A stretch of DNA of 63,468 nt, counting the filler, from Candidatus Delongbacteria bacterium (GTDB lineage: Bacteria; UBA4055): NCBI GenBank assembly GCA_016937995.1. It is 4 parts of 4 records of this genome, joined end to end, with 100 filler letters (N's around TTAATTAATTAA, not from the genome) between each part and the next. Parts side by side here need not be neighbours in the genome. Positions count along the whole stretch, not along the records: positions 15,598 to 29,229 come from JAFGVM010000094.1; 3 more parts are not named here. One strand, written 5' to 3'. The notes beneath the pieces are model-generated. The model saw only the letters and a program-made list of their open reading frames with translations, had not been told where the DNA came from and searched no databases. Position 1 is the first letter of the stretch. Each line of letters opens with the position of its first letter. The translations under genes were made by a program, and so were the position numbers. This document shows, piece after piece, positions 18,577-29,329 of the stretch.

Positions 18577-21240
18577 TTGGGAACAAAATTTCAGCAAGAA
18601 CTAAGAAAAGAATTAAATTCTTTTTTTGAACAGGAAGAAAAGAAATTCTCTAAAAAAGATCTGATAAAAATAGACCTTCACTGTCATGATCACAACAGTG
18701 ATGTAACTGATGAACTGCTGGGAAGAATACTTAATGTTCAGGAAACATGGCTGAAGACTGAAGATCTCGTAAATTCTTTAAGAGCAAACAATTGTGACGT
18801 TGTAACTATAACAAATCATAATAGTGCATTATCAAATTTTCAACTGCTTGATAAAGGAATTGACGCACTTGTCGGAGCGGAATTCAGTTGTATTGTCCCT
18901 GATTATGAGATAGGAATTCATGTTTTGGCTTATGGTTTTACAAAAGAACACGAAGTTGTGATGCTTGAACTCAGAGAGAATCTGTATGATTTTCTTAAAT
19001 ATTGCAGAAAAAATGATATCCCTACAATCTGGGCACATCCACTTTTTCATTATAAATCACAGGGTATTCCTCCTTTTGATTTCTTCTGTAAACTATCACT
19101 CCTTTTTGAAAGATTTGAAGTAGTCAACGGTCAGAGAAATACATGGCAGAATCTTCTTATAAAGATCTGGCTTGAAAATACAACAAAAGAAGATTTCGAT
19201 GCCTGGGCAAAAAAATTTAACATAGATCCTTATGAATATTGTAACTTTCCCTATAAAAAAGTTTTTACTGGTGGTTCTGACAGCCATATGGGAATTTTTG
19301 CAGGTCAGACAGGCTCATATTTATATGTCAGAGACCTTGAGAATAGAAAGAAAAAAGAAAAGCTTTCAGATCTTGCTCTTGAAGCAATAAAAAAAGGTGA
19401 TATAGCAGTTTACGGATCAAATCAGAATACTGAAAAGCTGACAGTTGCATTTATAGACTATTTTAATCAGATATGTCTGAATTTCAAAGATCCCGGTTTG
19501 AACAGATTGCTGCTACATAAGGGTTCTGTAATTGATAAGACTATTTCATTTATCATTTCAAATGCAATATCAGAGATCCAGAACCACAAAGTAACTATCA
19601 AATTCATTGACCTTTTCCATAAATCATTTCTTGGTAAAATACCGAACCATTTTAGAAAGCTTCTTATTTCAAAAGCATATAAACCAATTTTTGATTCTGC
19701 GGTTCAAATAGCAGAAGCAGGAAAAGATAAAACTCCTGGTTCTGTAAAAAAATATTCTGAGCAGATCAATAAAATTTCAGACCAGCTTAATCATGTATTA
19801 TTTTCTAGACTGAAGAAAAAACTTGATGAAATAGATTTTGATAAAAAATTCGAGAATACTTCTCTTGATAATATTATCAGTTTTCTTGAACTCCCTACTA
19901 ATCTCAGAAAGTATTCAGGTAACAAAGAACCAAAGAACAGTAAAATGGCATATCCAGACATACCAAAGTTTCTTGATGGTCTTTCTTTTCCAATGTTGAC
20001 GTCACTGATAATTCTTGCAGCAAATTTTACAAGTTCAAAAACACTTACAAAACTAAGACCTTTATACAATCAATTCGCTGAAAAAACCGGAAAACTTAAA
20101 CATCCTAAAAGAATGCTTTGGCTGACAGATACTTATGGTGACAAGAATGGAGTTTCTATGTCACTACAGGCAATGCATGAAGAGATCAAAAAACGAAACC
20201 TCCCTATTGACATTCTTGTCTGTTCAGATAAAATTAAACCTGATGATCATCTCATTGTTTTGAAGCCTGAAATGACATTTACACTTCCTTTTTACAAGCA
20301 GCAGGAGTTAAGAATACCTAATTTTCTAAAAATACATTCAATTTTTCAGCAAAATGAGTACGACAGGATAATTTGCTCTACTGAAGGAATAATGGGTCTA
20401 GCTTCACTATATCTGAAACACGCATTTTCTGTACCGACAAATTTTTATATTCATACAGACTGGATTACTTTTACTAAAGATGTTCTCGGTTTCGACATAC
20501 ATGAGATCAACAGAGTAAGAAGATATCTTAGAGCATATTACGGTGCTTTCGATAAACTGTTCGTTCTTAACACTGATCAAAAAACATGGCTTAACAGTAA
20601 TGAAATGGGATTCAAAGATGAGGATGTTATAGTCACAGCTCATTGGGTAGATGAGATATTCAAACCAATTGTTGACCATTTCAAAGGTCCTATGAGTATT
20701 GATGACACATTATATTTCATGGAAGAACCCGGGAATCCGATCATTTTATATGCCGGTAGAATAAGCAAAGAAAAAGGTGTGATGGAGCTGCCTCAGATCT
20801 ACTACGGGATTAAAAAACATATCCCTGATATAAAGATCATAATCGCAGGGACCGGTCCTGCAGAAGATGAACTGAAAAAAGAATTACCTGAAGGTAAGTT
20901 TACCGGTTGGATAAACCACGATGATCTACCTGGACTCTATTCCTCTTCCGACCTTTTCATATTACCTTCTAAATTCGATACTTTCGGCTGTGTTGTAATT
21001 GAATCTATGAGCTGCGGTCTTCCGGTAATATCATACAATACAAAAGGTCCAAAGGATATAATTCAAGATGAAAAAAATGGCTATCTTGTTGAAACGATAG
21101 AAGATATTATTGAAAAAGCTGTTGAATATCTAAGTAATAAAAATAAATGGTCAGACTTTAAAAACAGTGCAGTAAAAAGATCAAAAGATTTTAATGCAGA
21201 TAAAATAGTTAATGATTTTCTGAAAGCAAATGACCTTTAA
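18577..21240 (+). CDS. PHP-domain / GT4 glycosyltransferase fusion
   Basis: DLHCH, TNHN, AHP, GGSDSH (PHP); TDTY..NGVS, GRISKEKG, DTFGCVVIESM (GT4); TTG start after AAGGAG. Confidence 0.88.
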   Translation: MGTKFQQELRKELNSFFEQEEKKFSKKDLIKIDLHCHDHNSDVTDELLGRILNVQETWLKTEDLVNSLRANNCDVVTITNHNSALSNFQLLDKGIDALVGAEFSCIVPDYEIGIHVLAYGFTKEHEVVMLELRENLYDFLKYCRKNDIPTIWAHPLFHYKSQGIPPFDFFCKLSLLFERFEVVNGQRNTWQNLLIKIWLENTTKEDFDAWAKKFNIDPYEYCNFPYKKVFTGGSDSHMGIFAGQTGSYLYVRDLENRKKKEKLSDLALEAIKKGDIAVYGSNQNTEKLTVAFIDYFNQICLNFKDPGLNRLLLHKGSVIDKTISFIISNAISEIQNHKVTIKFIDLFHKSFLGKIPNHFRKLLISKAYKPIFDSAVQIAEAGKDKTPGSVKKYSEQINKISDQLNHVLFSRLKKKLDEIDFDKKFENTSLDNIISFLELPTNLRKYSGNKEPKNSKMAYPDIPKFLDGLSFPMLTSLIILAANFTSSKTLTKLRPLYNQFAEKTGKLKHPKRMLWLTDTYGDKNGVSMSLQAMHEEIKKRNLPIDILVCSDKIKPDDHLIVLKPEMTFTLPFYKQQELRIPNFLKIHSIFQQNEYDRIICSTEGIMGLASLYLKHAFSVPTNFYIHTDWITFTKDVLGFDIHEINRVRRYLRAYYGAFDKLFVLNTDQKTWLNSNEMGFKDEDVIVTAHWVDEIFKPIVDHFKGPMSIDDTLYFMEEPGNPIILYAGRISKEKGVMELPQIYYGIKKHIPDIKIIIAGTGPAEDELKKELPEGKFTGWINHDDLPGLYSSSDLFILPSKFDTFGCVVIESMSCGLPVISYNTKGPKDIIQDEKNGYLVETIEDIIEKAVEYLSNKNKWSDFKNSAVKRSKDFNADKIVNDFLKANDL

Positions 21241-22849
21241 AAATTTTGGGAAATACGCTAACTGCTGGTGGAAGTACGGAGTAATATATCATATCTATGT
21301 TTTAAGTTTTAAAGACTCAAATGGTGACGGTTACGGGGACATTAGAGGAATTATAGAAAAACTTGATCATATCATAGATCTTGGAATAACAGCTATCTGG
21401 CTTTCACCTGTATTCAAATCACCAATGAGTGATTTCGGTTATGATATAGACGATTATTATTCAATCGATCCTGTATTCGGTAAAATGAGGGACATTGAAG
21501 AGCTAATACTCAGGTGTCATGAAAAAAATATTTTCATAATTTTTGATATGGTCATGAATCATACATCTGTTAAACATAAATGGTTCACTGAATCAAAAAA
21601 ATCATTAAACAGTGATAAAAGAGACTGGTATATCTGGAAAAGTGGAAAGAATGGGAAACCACCTAACAACTGGAAAACGATTTATGGTAAAACAGCCTGG
21701 GAGTATGATAATAATACAGATCAGTATTATTATCATTCTTTTCTAAAAGAACAACCTGACCTAAACTGGAGAAATCCGGAAGTAAAAAAAGAATTCGGGA
21801 AGATATTCAGATTTTGGTTGGATAAAGGTATTGACGGTTTCAGACTTGATGCTGTTAATTTTATTATAAAAGACATAAAATTACGGGAAAATCCTGGTCT
21901 GTTCGAGATCATTCTTGGTAAAAGAAAATTCTATTCTAGGAACAGATCAAGTTCTTTAAAACTGCTGCAGCATTTCAGAAAAATTATAAATTCATATGAC
22001 AACAGAATGTTGATCGGGGAAATTTTTGCACTACCTCCGGGAGAGTCCGATGTTGTTAGTTATTATATGTCAGAAGGTGATGATACTTTGAATATGGCTT
22101 TTGATTTTTCTCTCTTATTCCAGAAATGGTCTGCATCAAGTTATTTTAAAGCAATTATTAGATCATATATCAGTATGCCATCGAAAGGTTGGCCTTCGAT
22201 CGTTTTTTCTAATCATGATCTTAACAGAAACATCAGTTACGATGATCAAAAAGCCAGAATAAAACTTATATTGATGTTAACTTTGAAAGGAACTCCTTTT
22301 ATCTATTACGGTGAAGAAATAGGAATGAGAAATGGAATTATCAGAAAAAATGAAATTAAAGATCCAATGGGGAAAATATACTGGCCTATTTATAAGGGAA
22401 GGGACAAAGCAAGAACTCCAATGCAATGGGACGATTCTGAAAATTCAGGCTTTTCAACTGCCGCACCATGGCTACCTATAAATAAGAACTTTGAAAATAA
22501 TAATATATCAGATGAAAGATCAAAAAAAAATTCTCTTTTTACTCTTACTAAAAAACTTATCAAATTAAGAAATTCATACTCCTCATTACATAAAGGTGAT
22601 TGGATTCCGTTGATAAAAGGGGAAAAAGGAATCATTGCATATTTAAGAACATATGGAACAGAAAGAACATTAGTGGTTCTTAATTTTAGTAATACAAATA
22701 AAAAGTTAATGCATTTCAATAAAATGGAATGTGTTTTATTGCTTTCTACAGGTACAAAAAAGAGACACAAGCTACAATTCCTGAAAAATTTTGTGATAGA
22801 ACCTTATGAGGGTTTGATCTTTTTATTAAAAAAAGAAAAATACTATTGA
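21230..22849 (+). CDS. GH13 alpha-glucosidase (oligo-1,6-glucosidase-like)
   Basis: DSNGDGYGD, QPDLNW, GFRLDAV, GEI, NHD catalytic motifs. Confidence 0.92.
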   Translation: MTFKNFGKYANCWWKYGVIYHIYVLSFKDSNGDGYGDIRGIIEKLDHIIDLGITAIWLSPVFKSPMSDFGYDIDDYYSIDPVFGKMRDIEELILRCHEKNIFIIFDMVMNHTSVKHKWFTESKKSLNSDKRDWYIWKSGKNGKPPNNWKTIYGKTAWEYDNNTDQYYYHSFLKEQPDLNWRNPEVKKEFGKIFRFWLDKGIDGFRLDAVNFIIKDIKLRENPGLFEIILGKRKFYSRNRSSSLKLLQHFRKIINSYDNRMLIGEIFALPPGESDVVSYYMSEGDDTLNMAFDFSLLFQKWSASSYFKAIIRSYISMPSKGWPSIVFSNHDLNRNISYDDQKARIKLILMLTLKGTPFIYYGEEIGMRNGIIRKNEIKDPMGKIYWPIYKGRDKARTPMQWDDSENSGFSTAAPWLPINKNFENNNISDERSKKNSLFTLTKKLIKLRNSYSSLHKGDWIPLIKGEKGIIAYLRTYGTERTLVVLNFSNTNKKLMHFNKMECVLLLSTGTKKRHKLQFLKNFVIEPYEGLIFLLKKEKYY

Positions 22850-23232
22850 AAAATAGTCATCAGATCTTCATCCAGACTTCTTAATATCATATCTTTTTCA
22901 TATGATTTATTAAGACATACTTTCACATTACCTATTATTTCCTGAAGGTCGTTATGTAACTTTTCAATAATATCAAATGAATCAATAAATAGTTTTTTCT
23001 TATCTAACAGGATATATATCTCATCCTGGATATCATCATCCCTGTTGTCATGATCTTCAACATCAAGATACAAAGATTCCATTTCGTGATTAATGGCATT
23101 TACTTCGTCAAGATAATCCATATTGTTGTATTTTCCCATTATATCACCGATCTCAGCTGTAGCTTTTGAAAGTTCATCTTTCAGTATAAGAACTTTTGTT
23201 CTTAATCTTACAATGTCATTATAATCTTTCAT
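22843..23232 (-). CDS. acidic helical hypothetical protein (paralog of 32563-32907)
   Basis: 129 aa, AAGGAG SD, heptad-like pattern. Confidence 0.75.
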   Translation of the reverse strand: MKDYNDIVRLRTKVLILKDELSKATAEIGDIMGKYNNMDYLDEVNAINHEMESLYLDVEDHDNRDDDIQDEIYILLDKKKLFIDSFDIIEKLHNDLQEIIGNVKVCLNKSYEKDMILRSLDEDLMTIFQ

Positions 23233-23407
23233 ATTTTTCTCCTTTTATTTGAAATTTAGAGATTGAAATTTATTATATGATGAGGACGCGATCAGATTAT
23301 TGTTCGTATTTTGTTTGTATTTTATTAAAAAGAAAAAGTGCGCTGGTAAACATTCCCGTAGGAGGAGGATAGCCACTCGTAGGGACAGCACACTTTTTTA
23401 TTTAAGA

Positions 23408-25411
23408 CTATTTTTTTAAGCTGTTCTTCGCTACTATATAATAGAATTTCTTTGCGTCAGTATAAGGAGTAACATACTGATTTGTTGCTACATTCACTTC
23501 AAATGAGAATGTTCCGTTAGGATCATCCGACGAATATACATCATAACTGTCTGCATCAGTCGATTCGTCCCAGCTTATTGTAAGGTTCGTTCCAATTACA
23601 CTTGTACTAATATTCAAAGGTGTTGAAGGAATAACTTCCCCAGGGATTGTGTAATCGATATGCAGTACCGGTGGATATCCACCCTCGTATGGATCTGCAA
23701 CACGCTCGTCAGAATCTATATCTTCCTGCCAGAAAATAAAACTCATGCTGTTACCGCTGGCCCATCCTTCTCTGTCAACTACTTCCTGAATAACATTACT
23801 CATATCAGGAAAATAATATACTGATTCAGCTGACCAGGATGGTGGATTTATCCATTCAATGTAATTTGCAGTTAAAGTTCTGTCAGAAACATTATAATCG
23901 CTCGTTGTAAATGCAGGTGAATTATCAATATCTTCCGCAGCGAACAAAATATGATTTAAAGTTTTTGTATCTGATTCATCAGCTCTGACTTCAATATAGG
24001 CTGAATCTATAATTGCACCCTGAGGAATGTTAATATTCTGGAATCTGATTCCTACTTTTTGATCTCCTCCGTCATCACAGAATTCCAAATCACTGCTGTC
24101 AGTATACATACTACCACCACTCTGTTCTTCAACATCATCCATTCCAGAAATAACAGAAATACTTATCGATGCTGAATTACTTATAGTAATGAAAGCTGTT
24201 TTTGTTTCAGTATCAGATCCGAATTCATTAGATGTTGTAAGTGAAACTTCATAAGTCCCTAATGATGAATATGAAACTGTAGGATTCTGTTCAGTACTTG
24301 TAGGAGGAGTACCTCCGGTAAATGTCCATGACCATGATGTAGGAGCATTTGCAGAATTATCAGCAAAATTGATCATTTCACCAGGAATTGCATTGGTTTT
24401 ATCTGCAACAAAGTCGGTTACCGGAGGTGTCTCTGAGTATGTTTCAAATCCAAAAGGCTGTGTATATGTACTACCGTATGTATTATATAATATTGCTCTT
24501 ACAAATTGTACGTCAGTATAGGCCGAATAATCAAAAGTTGTTCCACTTCCAACAGTAGTTGTTCCTGGACCGATCCAGTCTATACTTGTGTATCCGGTTG
24601 CTGTTATAGTTATTGTTTTATTTAGATCATCAACTGTTATATCTGAGATTCTTGGCACAAGAGCATCACCTGAACGACCGGGTTCATAACAAAAATAGAA
24701 TGCTCCTTCCTGTTGTGACGTCCTTAATGCATCTTCTGTTTTTTCAGGCATAAGCATAAACTGATAGTTTCCATATAAATGATCTGTAGTATGTTTGTCG
24801 TCATTTGAATAACCCCACACCAGTTTACTATATTGAGAGAAATAATTTTCATTTATATTGTCCCAGAGCTCTCTGTCATCAGGATATCTGTCACCCTGAT
24901 TGTAGACTTCCAGTCCAACGCAAGACGGATAATTTGAATACCATGGAATATACCATGCCCAGTCATTTGGTGTATAATAACGTCCCGGATGATTTATCAG
25001 AGAAAGTCCACCGCTTGCATCAACATGAGGAATCCCGTCTTCAATACCTGCATCACTGCTAGTAAAATCATAAAAAGCATTCATGTGATGAGAGTTAGAG
25101 TATTCATTTCCTCTTACTGCTATCATTCCCGGATTTGACGGCCATGACCATGTAGTATAATCATGGTCTGTAATTGCCAGGATATCATAACCTGCTGAAT
25201 AATACTGATCTATAACTTCAGATGGAGAATCAGCCCCGTCACTGTTGGTTGTATGGGTGTGAAAATTTGCTTTGTACTGACCGTATGTACTCCAGTTAAC
25301 ATTTTCGTATGGATTCAATGTTAAATTCACATACGATTTAACTACTTGACCATTAATGATCTGTACGATCATTAATAATATCATTGCTGAACATTTGAAT
25401 ATATTTTTCAT
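23408..25411 (-). CDS. secreted PHP-like metallo-phosphoesterase with PKD and further beta domains
   Basis: NFHTHT, ITDHD, NHPG, NDDKH; PKD TSWSWTFTGG; start MKNIF after GGAGG. Confidence 0.82.
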   Translation of the reverse strand: MKNIFKCSAMILLMIVQIINGQVVKSYVNLTLNPYENVNWSTYGQYKANFHTHTTNSDGADSPSEVIDQYYSAGYDILAITDHDYTTWSWPSNPGMIAVRGNEYSNSHHMNAFYDFTSSDAGIEDGIPHVDASGGLSLINHPGRYYTPNDWAWYIPWYSNYPSCVGLEVYNQGDRYPDDRELWDNINENYFSQYSKLVWGYSNDDKHTTDHLYGNYQFMLMPEKTEDALRTSQQEGAFYFCYEPGRSGDALVPRISDITVDDLNKTITITATGYTSIDWIGPGTTTVGSGTTFDYSAYTDVQFVRAILYNTYGSTYTQPFGFETYSETPPVTDFVADKTNAIPGEMINFADNSANAPTSWSWTFTGGTPPTSTEQNPTVSYSSLGTYEVSLTTSNEFGSDTETKTAFITISNSASISISVISGMDDVEEQSGGSMYTDSSDLEFCDDGGDQKVGIRFQNINIPQGAIIDSAYIEVRADESDTKTLNHILFAAEDIDNSPAFTTSDYNVSDRTLTANYIEWINPPSWSAESVYYFPDMSNVIQEVVDREGWASGNSMSFIFWQEDIDSDERVADPYEGGYPPVLHIDYTIPGEVIPSTPLNISTSVIGTNLTISWDESTDADSYDVYSSDDPNGTFSFEVNVATNQYVTPYTDAKKFYYIVAKNSLKK

Positions 25412-25676
25412 AAACCCTCCGTTTTTTTCTTTTTCCTGTAAATTAAAATACAAATGTTAATTCAGTATTTAATTGGTTTGAGAAAACAGTGATATTTATG
25501 TTAATATTCTGTATGTGCCATATATAATAAAATTTACACTTTATAAGTATTATATATTACTTATAAAGTTTTATTAGTTTAATAACAAATTCATTAATAA
25601 TTAATAACCGCTGATATCGATTATAAGTAATCCTGAAAAAACTTATTCCTAACATGTTAAAAATAATTATACCTGC

Positions 25677-25759
25677 TTAACAAAATCTAATCACTTATCT
25701 AATTCAATCTTAGCATATAAATAACAGCATTTTAAGGTTCGTCTAAGATTTATTTAACA
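25677..25759 (+). promoter_or_regulatory. array of 11-bp-phased repeats, Pho-box-like
   Basis: TTAACA(25677), CTAATT(25699), TTAGCA(25710), ATAACA(25721), TTAAGG(25732), CTAAGA(25743), TTAACA(25754). Confidence 0.55.
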
Positions 25760-25804
25760 ATCTGTGGACATATTTATCCTGTAAATTTTAACTCAGGAGA
25801 AAAA

Positions 25805-28786
25805 ATGGATAGCCGTAAAATTAGAATTTCTATCAGGAGCTTTTTAATACTGTTCCTGATTATCACTACTTCGATAACAGCACAAAGATTTCAGTATGGT
25901 AGACTGAAAGGAACTGTAAAATGTAACGAGTCAAATTCACCTTTGGAAGATGTTAATGTTTACCTTGAAAATGGTTACGATGAACATACTATAGGTTGCG
26001 CTACTAATGAAGAAGGTGTTTACTTCATAAACAACATTCCTCCGGGCAAATATACTTTTATCGCCGAATGTCTTGGTTATGAAAGAATTGAGATCGAAGA
26101 TTTTGAAATTAAAGGTAATGAATACAAATATTATGATTTCGATATGTCTATCTCAGTAATGGAACTGGAAGGCATAGAGATCGTTGCGGAAGCTGACAAA
26201 ACAACAAAGGAAGTTCAGCTTATATCAAGAAAGGAAGAAGTTAAAATAATGGATGCGATCAGTTCTGAAGAGATCTCTTCTTATGGCAGTAGTGATGCTG
26301 CATCAGCTATGGAACACGTTACTGGTGCTTCTGTAGAAGGAGGTAAATATGTTTATGTCAGAGGTTTAGGTAACAGATATTCAACTGTTCACCTTAATGG
26401 TGTAGAACTCCCTTCTGCTGATCCTGACGAAAATTCATTCCAGCTGGACCTTGTGTCATCATCAGTTATGGACAACATAACAACTTCAAAGTCCTTCACA
26501 CCGGACAAACCCGGAAATTTTGTAGGAGGTCTAATTGATATTAATACAAAAAGTCTTCAGGAAGATAAACAGCTTGATGTCTCTGTTTCGAACGGTTATA
26601 ACACAAATACAACATTCAATGATTATTTGACATATCAGGGTGGTGATACGGACTGGCTTGGATATGATGACGGTACCAGAGATATCCCTGATGAACTACA
26701 GAATGTGGACCTAAAAGAGCTGATCGCAATTCCTATTGTAGGTACATCCAATGACAGTATTCATGATGCTCAGACAGCTAAGGTTCTTGATCTTCATCAT
26801 TATTCTAAAGCATTTAACAATATAATGACCCCAATTATGGAATCTGCACCTGTCAATCAGAGTTATAATCTTAATTACGGGAAAAAATTCAGATTTTCAT
26901 CATCCAGCTTTTTTGACCTTATTTCTACAATTAAATATTCAAGAAAATTCAGTTCCTACGATGACAGGATAATTAACAATTATATTCTTACCGGAACAGG
27001 AGCAGATGAATTATCAAATGAACTGGAATTCATTGAAGTTAAAGGTGAGGACAACGTCAATATTAACGGACTTCTTAACCTTCAGTATAATTTAACAAGA
27101 GATCATAGTTATTATTTTAATACAGTCTTTACACAAAGTGCCACTGATATTGCAAGATATATATCCGGTCATTATTACGATGGCAATATGGATCCGGAAG
27201 CTACCTATGAAACAAGAGTACTCAAATGGATCGAAAGACAGCTTATTACCAATCAGTTAAGAGGTAACCACAGGTTTACAAAGTTCTTTGATACAAGTTT
27301 TGACTGGAATATGGCTTACAGCCTTACATCTCAGGACGAACCTGACACAAGATTCTTCAGCGACCATTATATGCTTGAATATGATGTTGATGTTTATGAA
27401 GATCCTGTTACAGGTGACCTTGTAGTAGATACTTTGGGAACTTACAACAACTATTTTATAACTCCGTCTCTTTACAAACAACCTTCAAGGTATTTCAGGG
27501 AAATGGATGAGGACAGTTATAACATTGATCTAAAATTCACTTTGCCTTTCACTATTTATAAAAATGCGGATTCGAAATTTAAAACAGGATTTTACTTTTC
27601 TGCAAAAGACAGAACATTCAGAGAAAGAGTATTCCAGATAACTAATCAGGAACAGCTTGCATATAATGATTATGATGCAGACCCTTTTTCGTATTTTTCA
27701 GACGGTATGGGTATTATTGATGTAACTCCAGTTGGACCAACGAATGTAAGATATACATGGGGAAATTATCTTGTAGATGCTTCTGAAGACAGATCGAACT
27801 ATGACGGACATCAGTATGTAACTGCATTTTATGGAATGACTGAAGTACCTGTCATTGACAGAATTGATCTTACAATAGGAGCACGTTATGAGATAACTGA
27901 CATGGAAGCTGCTACTCAGGATTCAACATATGAACAGGGAAAAATTAAAGAAACTGATATTTTACCTGCGGGAATTTTAAACTATAGAATACTTGATAAT
28001 CTCATTGCGAAACTGTCTTACGGGAAAACACTGGCAAGACCATCAATAAGAGAACTGGCTCCTTTCCCTTCACTTGATTTTGCCGGTGGTTTCTTTTTTA
28101 CAGGAAACAATGAACTTGAAAGAACTTTAATAGACAATTATGACGTAAGATTCGATTTTTACGAAAGACCGGGTGAATTATATTCATTAAGTTTCTATTA
28201 TAAATACTTTAAGAATCCTATAGAAAAAGCTTTCCTCAATGATAATAAAGAAACTCAGTATCAGAATGTACCGAGAGCTGAAGTAAAAGGTATTGAGATA
28301 GAAGTCAGAAAAGATCTTGATCAGATACATCCGTTCTTAAAATACTTTTTCGTATCATCCAATTTTTCATATATAATTTCGGAAGTTAAGATCCCTGAAA
28401 GTGAAATGACTGCCATACTTATTGCAGATCCTGATGCAGATGACACGAGACCTCTACAGGGTCAACCCGAATACATTTTTAATTTCTATGTACAGTATCA
28501 GAACAGAGATACTGAAACACATGCTAGTATCAATTACAATCTAACCGGAGAAAAACTTTCTGAGAACAGTAAAGGTGGAACACCGGATATTTACGAACTG
28601 CCTAAACATAATCTAAACTTTTCTCTAAGTCAGAAATTCTGGGATAATTATTCTGTAAAATTCGGTATTTCCAATATTTTGAATTCTGCTACTGAAAAAG
28701 TCTATCACTATAAAGGCGAAGATTACATTTTTACAAAATATAAAACAGGCAGCGAATATTCATTGTCTTTAAGCTATTCGCTTTAA
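25805..28786 (+). CDS. TonB-dependent receptor with an N-terminal carboxypeptidase-regulatory-like domain
   Basis: plug motifs YVRGLGNRY and KSFTPDKPG; TLARPSIRELAP; C-terminal beta-signal YSLSLSYSL. Confidence 0.93.
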   Translation: MDSRKIRISIRSFLILFLIITTSITAQRFQYGRLKGTVKCNESNSPLEDVNVYLENGYDEHTIGCATNEEGVYFINNIPPGKYTFIAECLGYERIEIEDFEIKGNEYKYYDFDMSISVMELEGIEIVAEADKTTKEVQLISRKEEVKIMDAISSEEISSYGSSDAASAMEHVTGASVEGGKYVYVRGLGNRYSTVHLNGVELPSADPDENSFQLDLVSSSVMDNITTSKSFTPDKPGNFVGGLIDINTKSLQEDKQLDVSVSNGYNTNTTFNDYLTYQGGDTDWLGYDDGTRDIPDELQNVDLKELIAIPIVGTSNDSIHDAQTAKVLDLHHYSKAFNNIMTPIMESAPVNQSYNLNYGKKFRFSSSSFFDLISTIKYSRKFSSYDDRIINNYILTGTGADELSNELEFIEVKGEDNVNINGLLNLQYNLTRDHSYYFNTVFTQSATDIARYISGHYYDGNMDPEATYETRVLKWIERQLITNQLRGNHRFTKFFDTSFDWNMAYSLTSQDEPDTRFFSDHYMLEYDVDVYEDPVTGDLVVDTLGTYNNYFITPSLYKQPSRYFREMDEDSYNIDLKFTLPFTIYKNADSKFKTGFYFSAKDRTFRERVFQITNQEQLAYNDYDADPFSYFSDGMGIIDVTPVGPTNVRYTWGNYLVDASEDRSNYDGHQYVTAFYGMTEVPVIDRIDLTIGARYEITDMEAATQDSTYEQGKIKETDILPAGILNYRILDNLIAKLSYGKTLARPSIRELAPFPSLDFAGGFFFTGNNELERTLIDNYDVRFDFYERPGELYSLSFYYKYFKNPIEKAFLNDNKETQYQNVPRAEVKGIEIEVRKDLDQIHPFLKYFFVSSNFSYIISEVKIPESEMTAILIADPDADDTRPLQGQPEYIFNFYVQYQNRDTETHASINYNLTGEKLSENSKGGTPDIYELPKHNLNFSLSQKFWDNYSVKFGISNILNSATEKVYHYKGEDYIFTKYKTGSEYSLSLSYSL

Positions 28787-28812
28787 ACCAATTAACATTA
28801 AATGGAGGTAAA

Positions 28813-29229
28813 ATGAAAAAACTGGTAATGCTGTTATTAACAGCTGTTATCGCAACTCTGACCGCCGCAGATATATCTATCTATGACGACGGATCAGGTA
28901 CCGGTACAACAACATGGACTAGTGATAATGTATATTATCTCGAGAACATGGTTTTTGTAAATTCCGGTGACACACTTACTATTGAACCCGGTACTGTTAT
29001 CAAAGGAAGATACAGTACAGGTGTTGATGCAAGTGCGTTGATCGTAGCAAGAGGTGGATACGGTATCTTTGAAGGTACTGAATACGCACCTATCATTTTC
29101 ACATCAGAGTATGATGATTTCTCAGCTCCGCTTGAAACAAGAGGACTCTGGGGTGGTGTTATCGTTCTCGGTGCTGCTGAACTTAACTCAACTGAAAAAG
29201 TATCTCAGATCGAAGGTATCCCTGAAACT
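28813..29229 (+). CDS. secreted beta-helix protein partnered with the TonB receptor (3'-truncated)
   Basis: signal peptide; LTIEPGTVIK, PIIFTS, GLWGGVIVLG; runs into the gap. Confidence 0.8.
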
Positions 29230-29329
29230 NNNNNNNNNNNNNNNNNNNNNNNNNNNNNNNNNNNNNNNNNNNNTTAATTAATTAANNNNNNNNNNNNNNN
29301 NNNNNNNNNNNNNNNNNNNNNNNNNNNNN
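29230..29329. other. artificial contig spacer
   Basis: N run containing TTAATTAATTAA. Confidence 0.97.
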
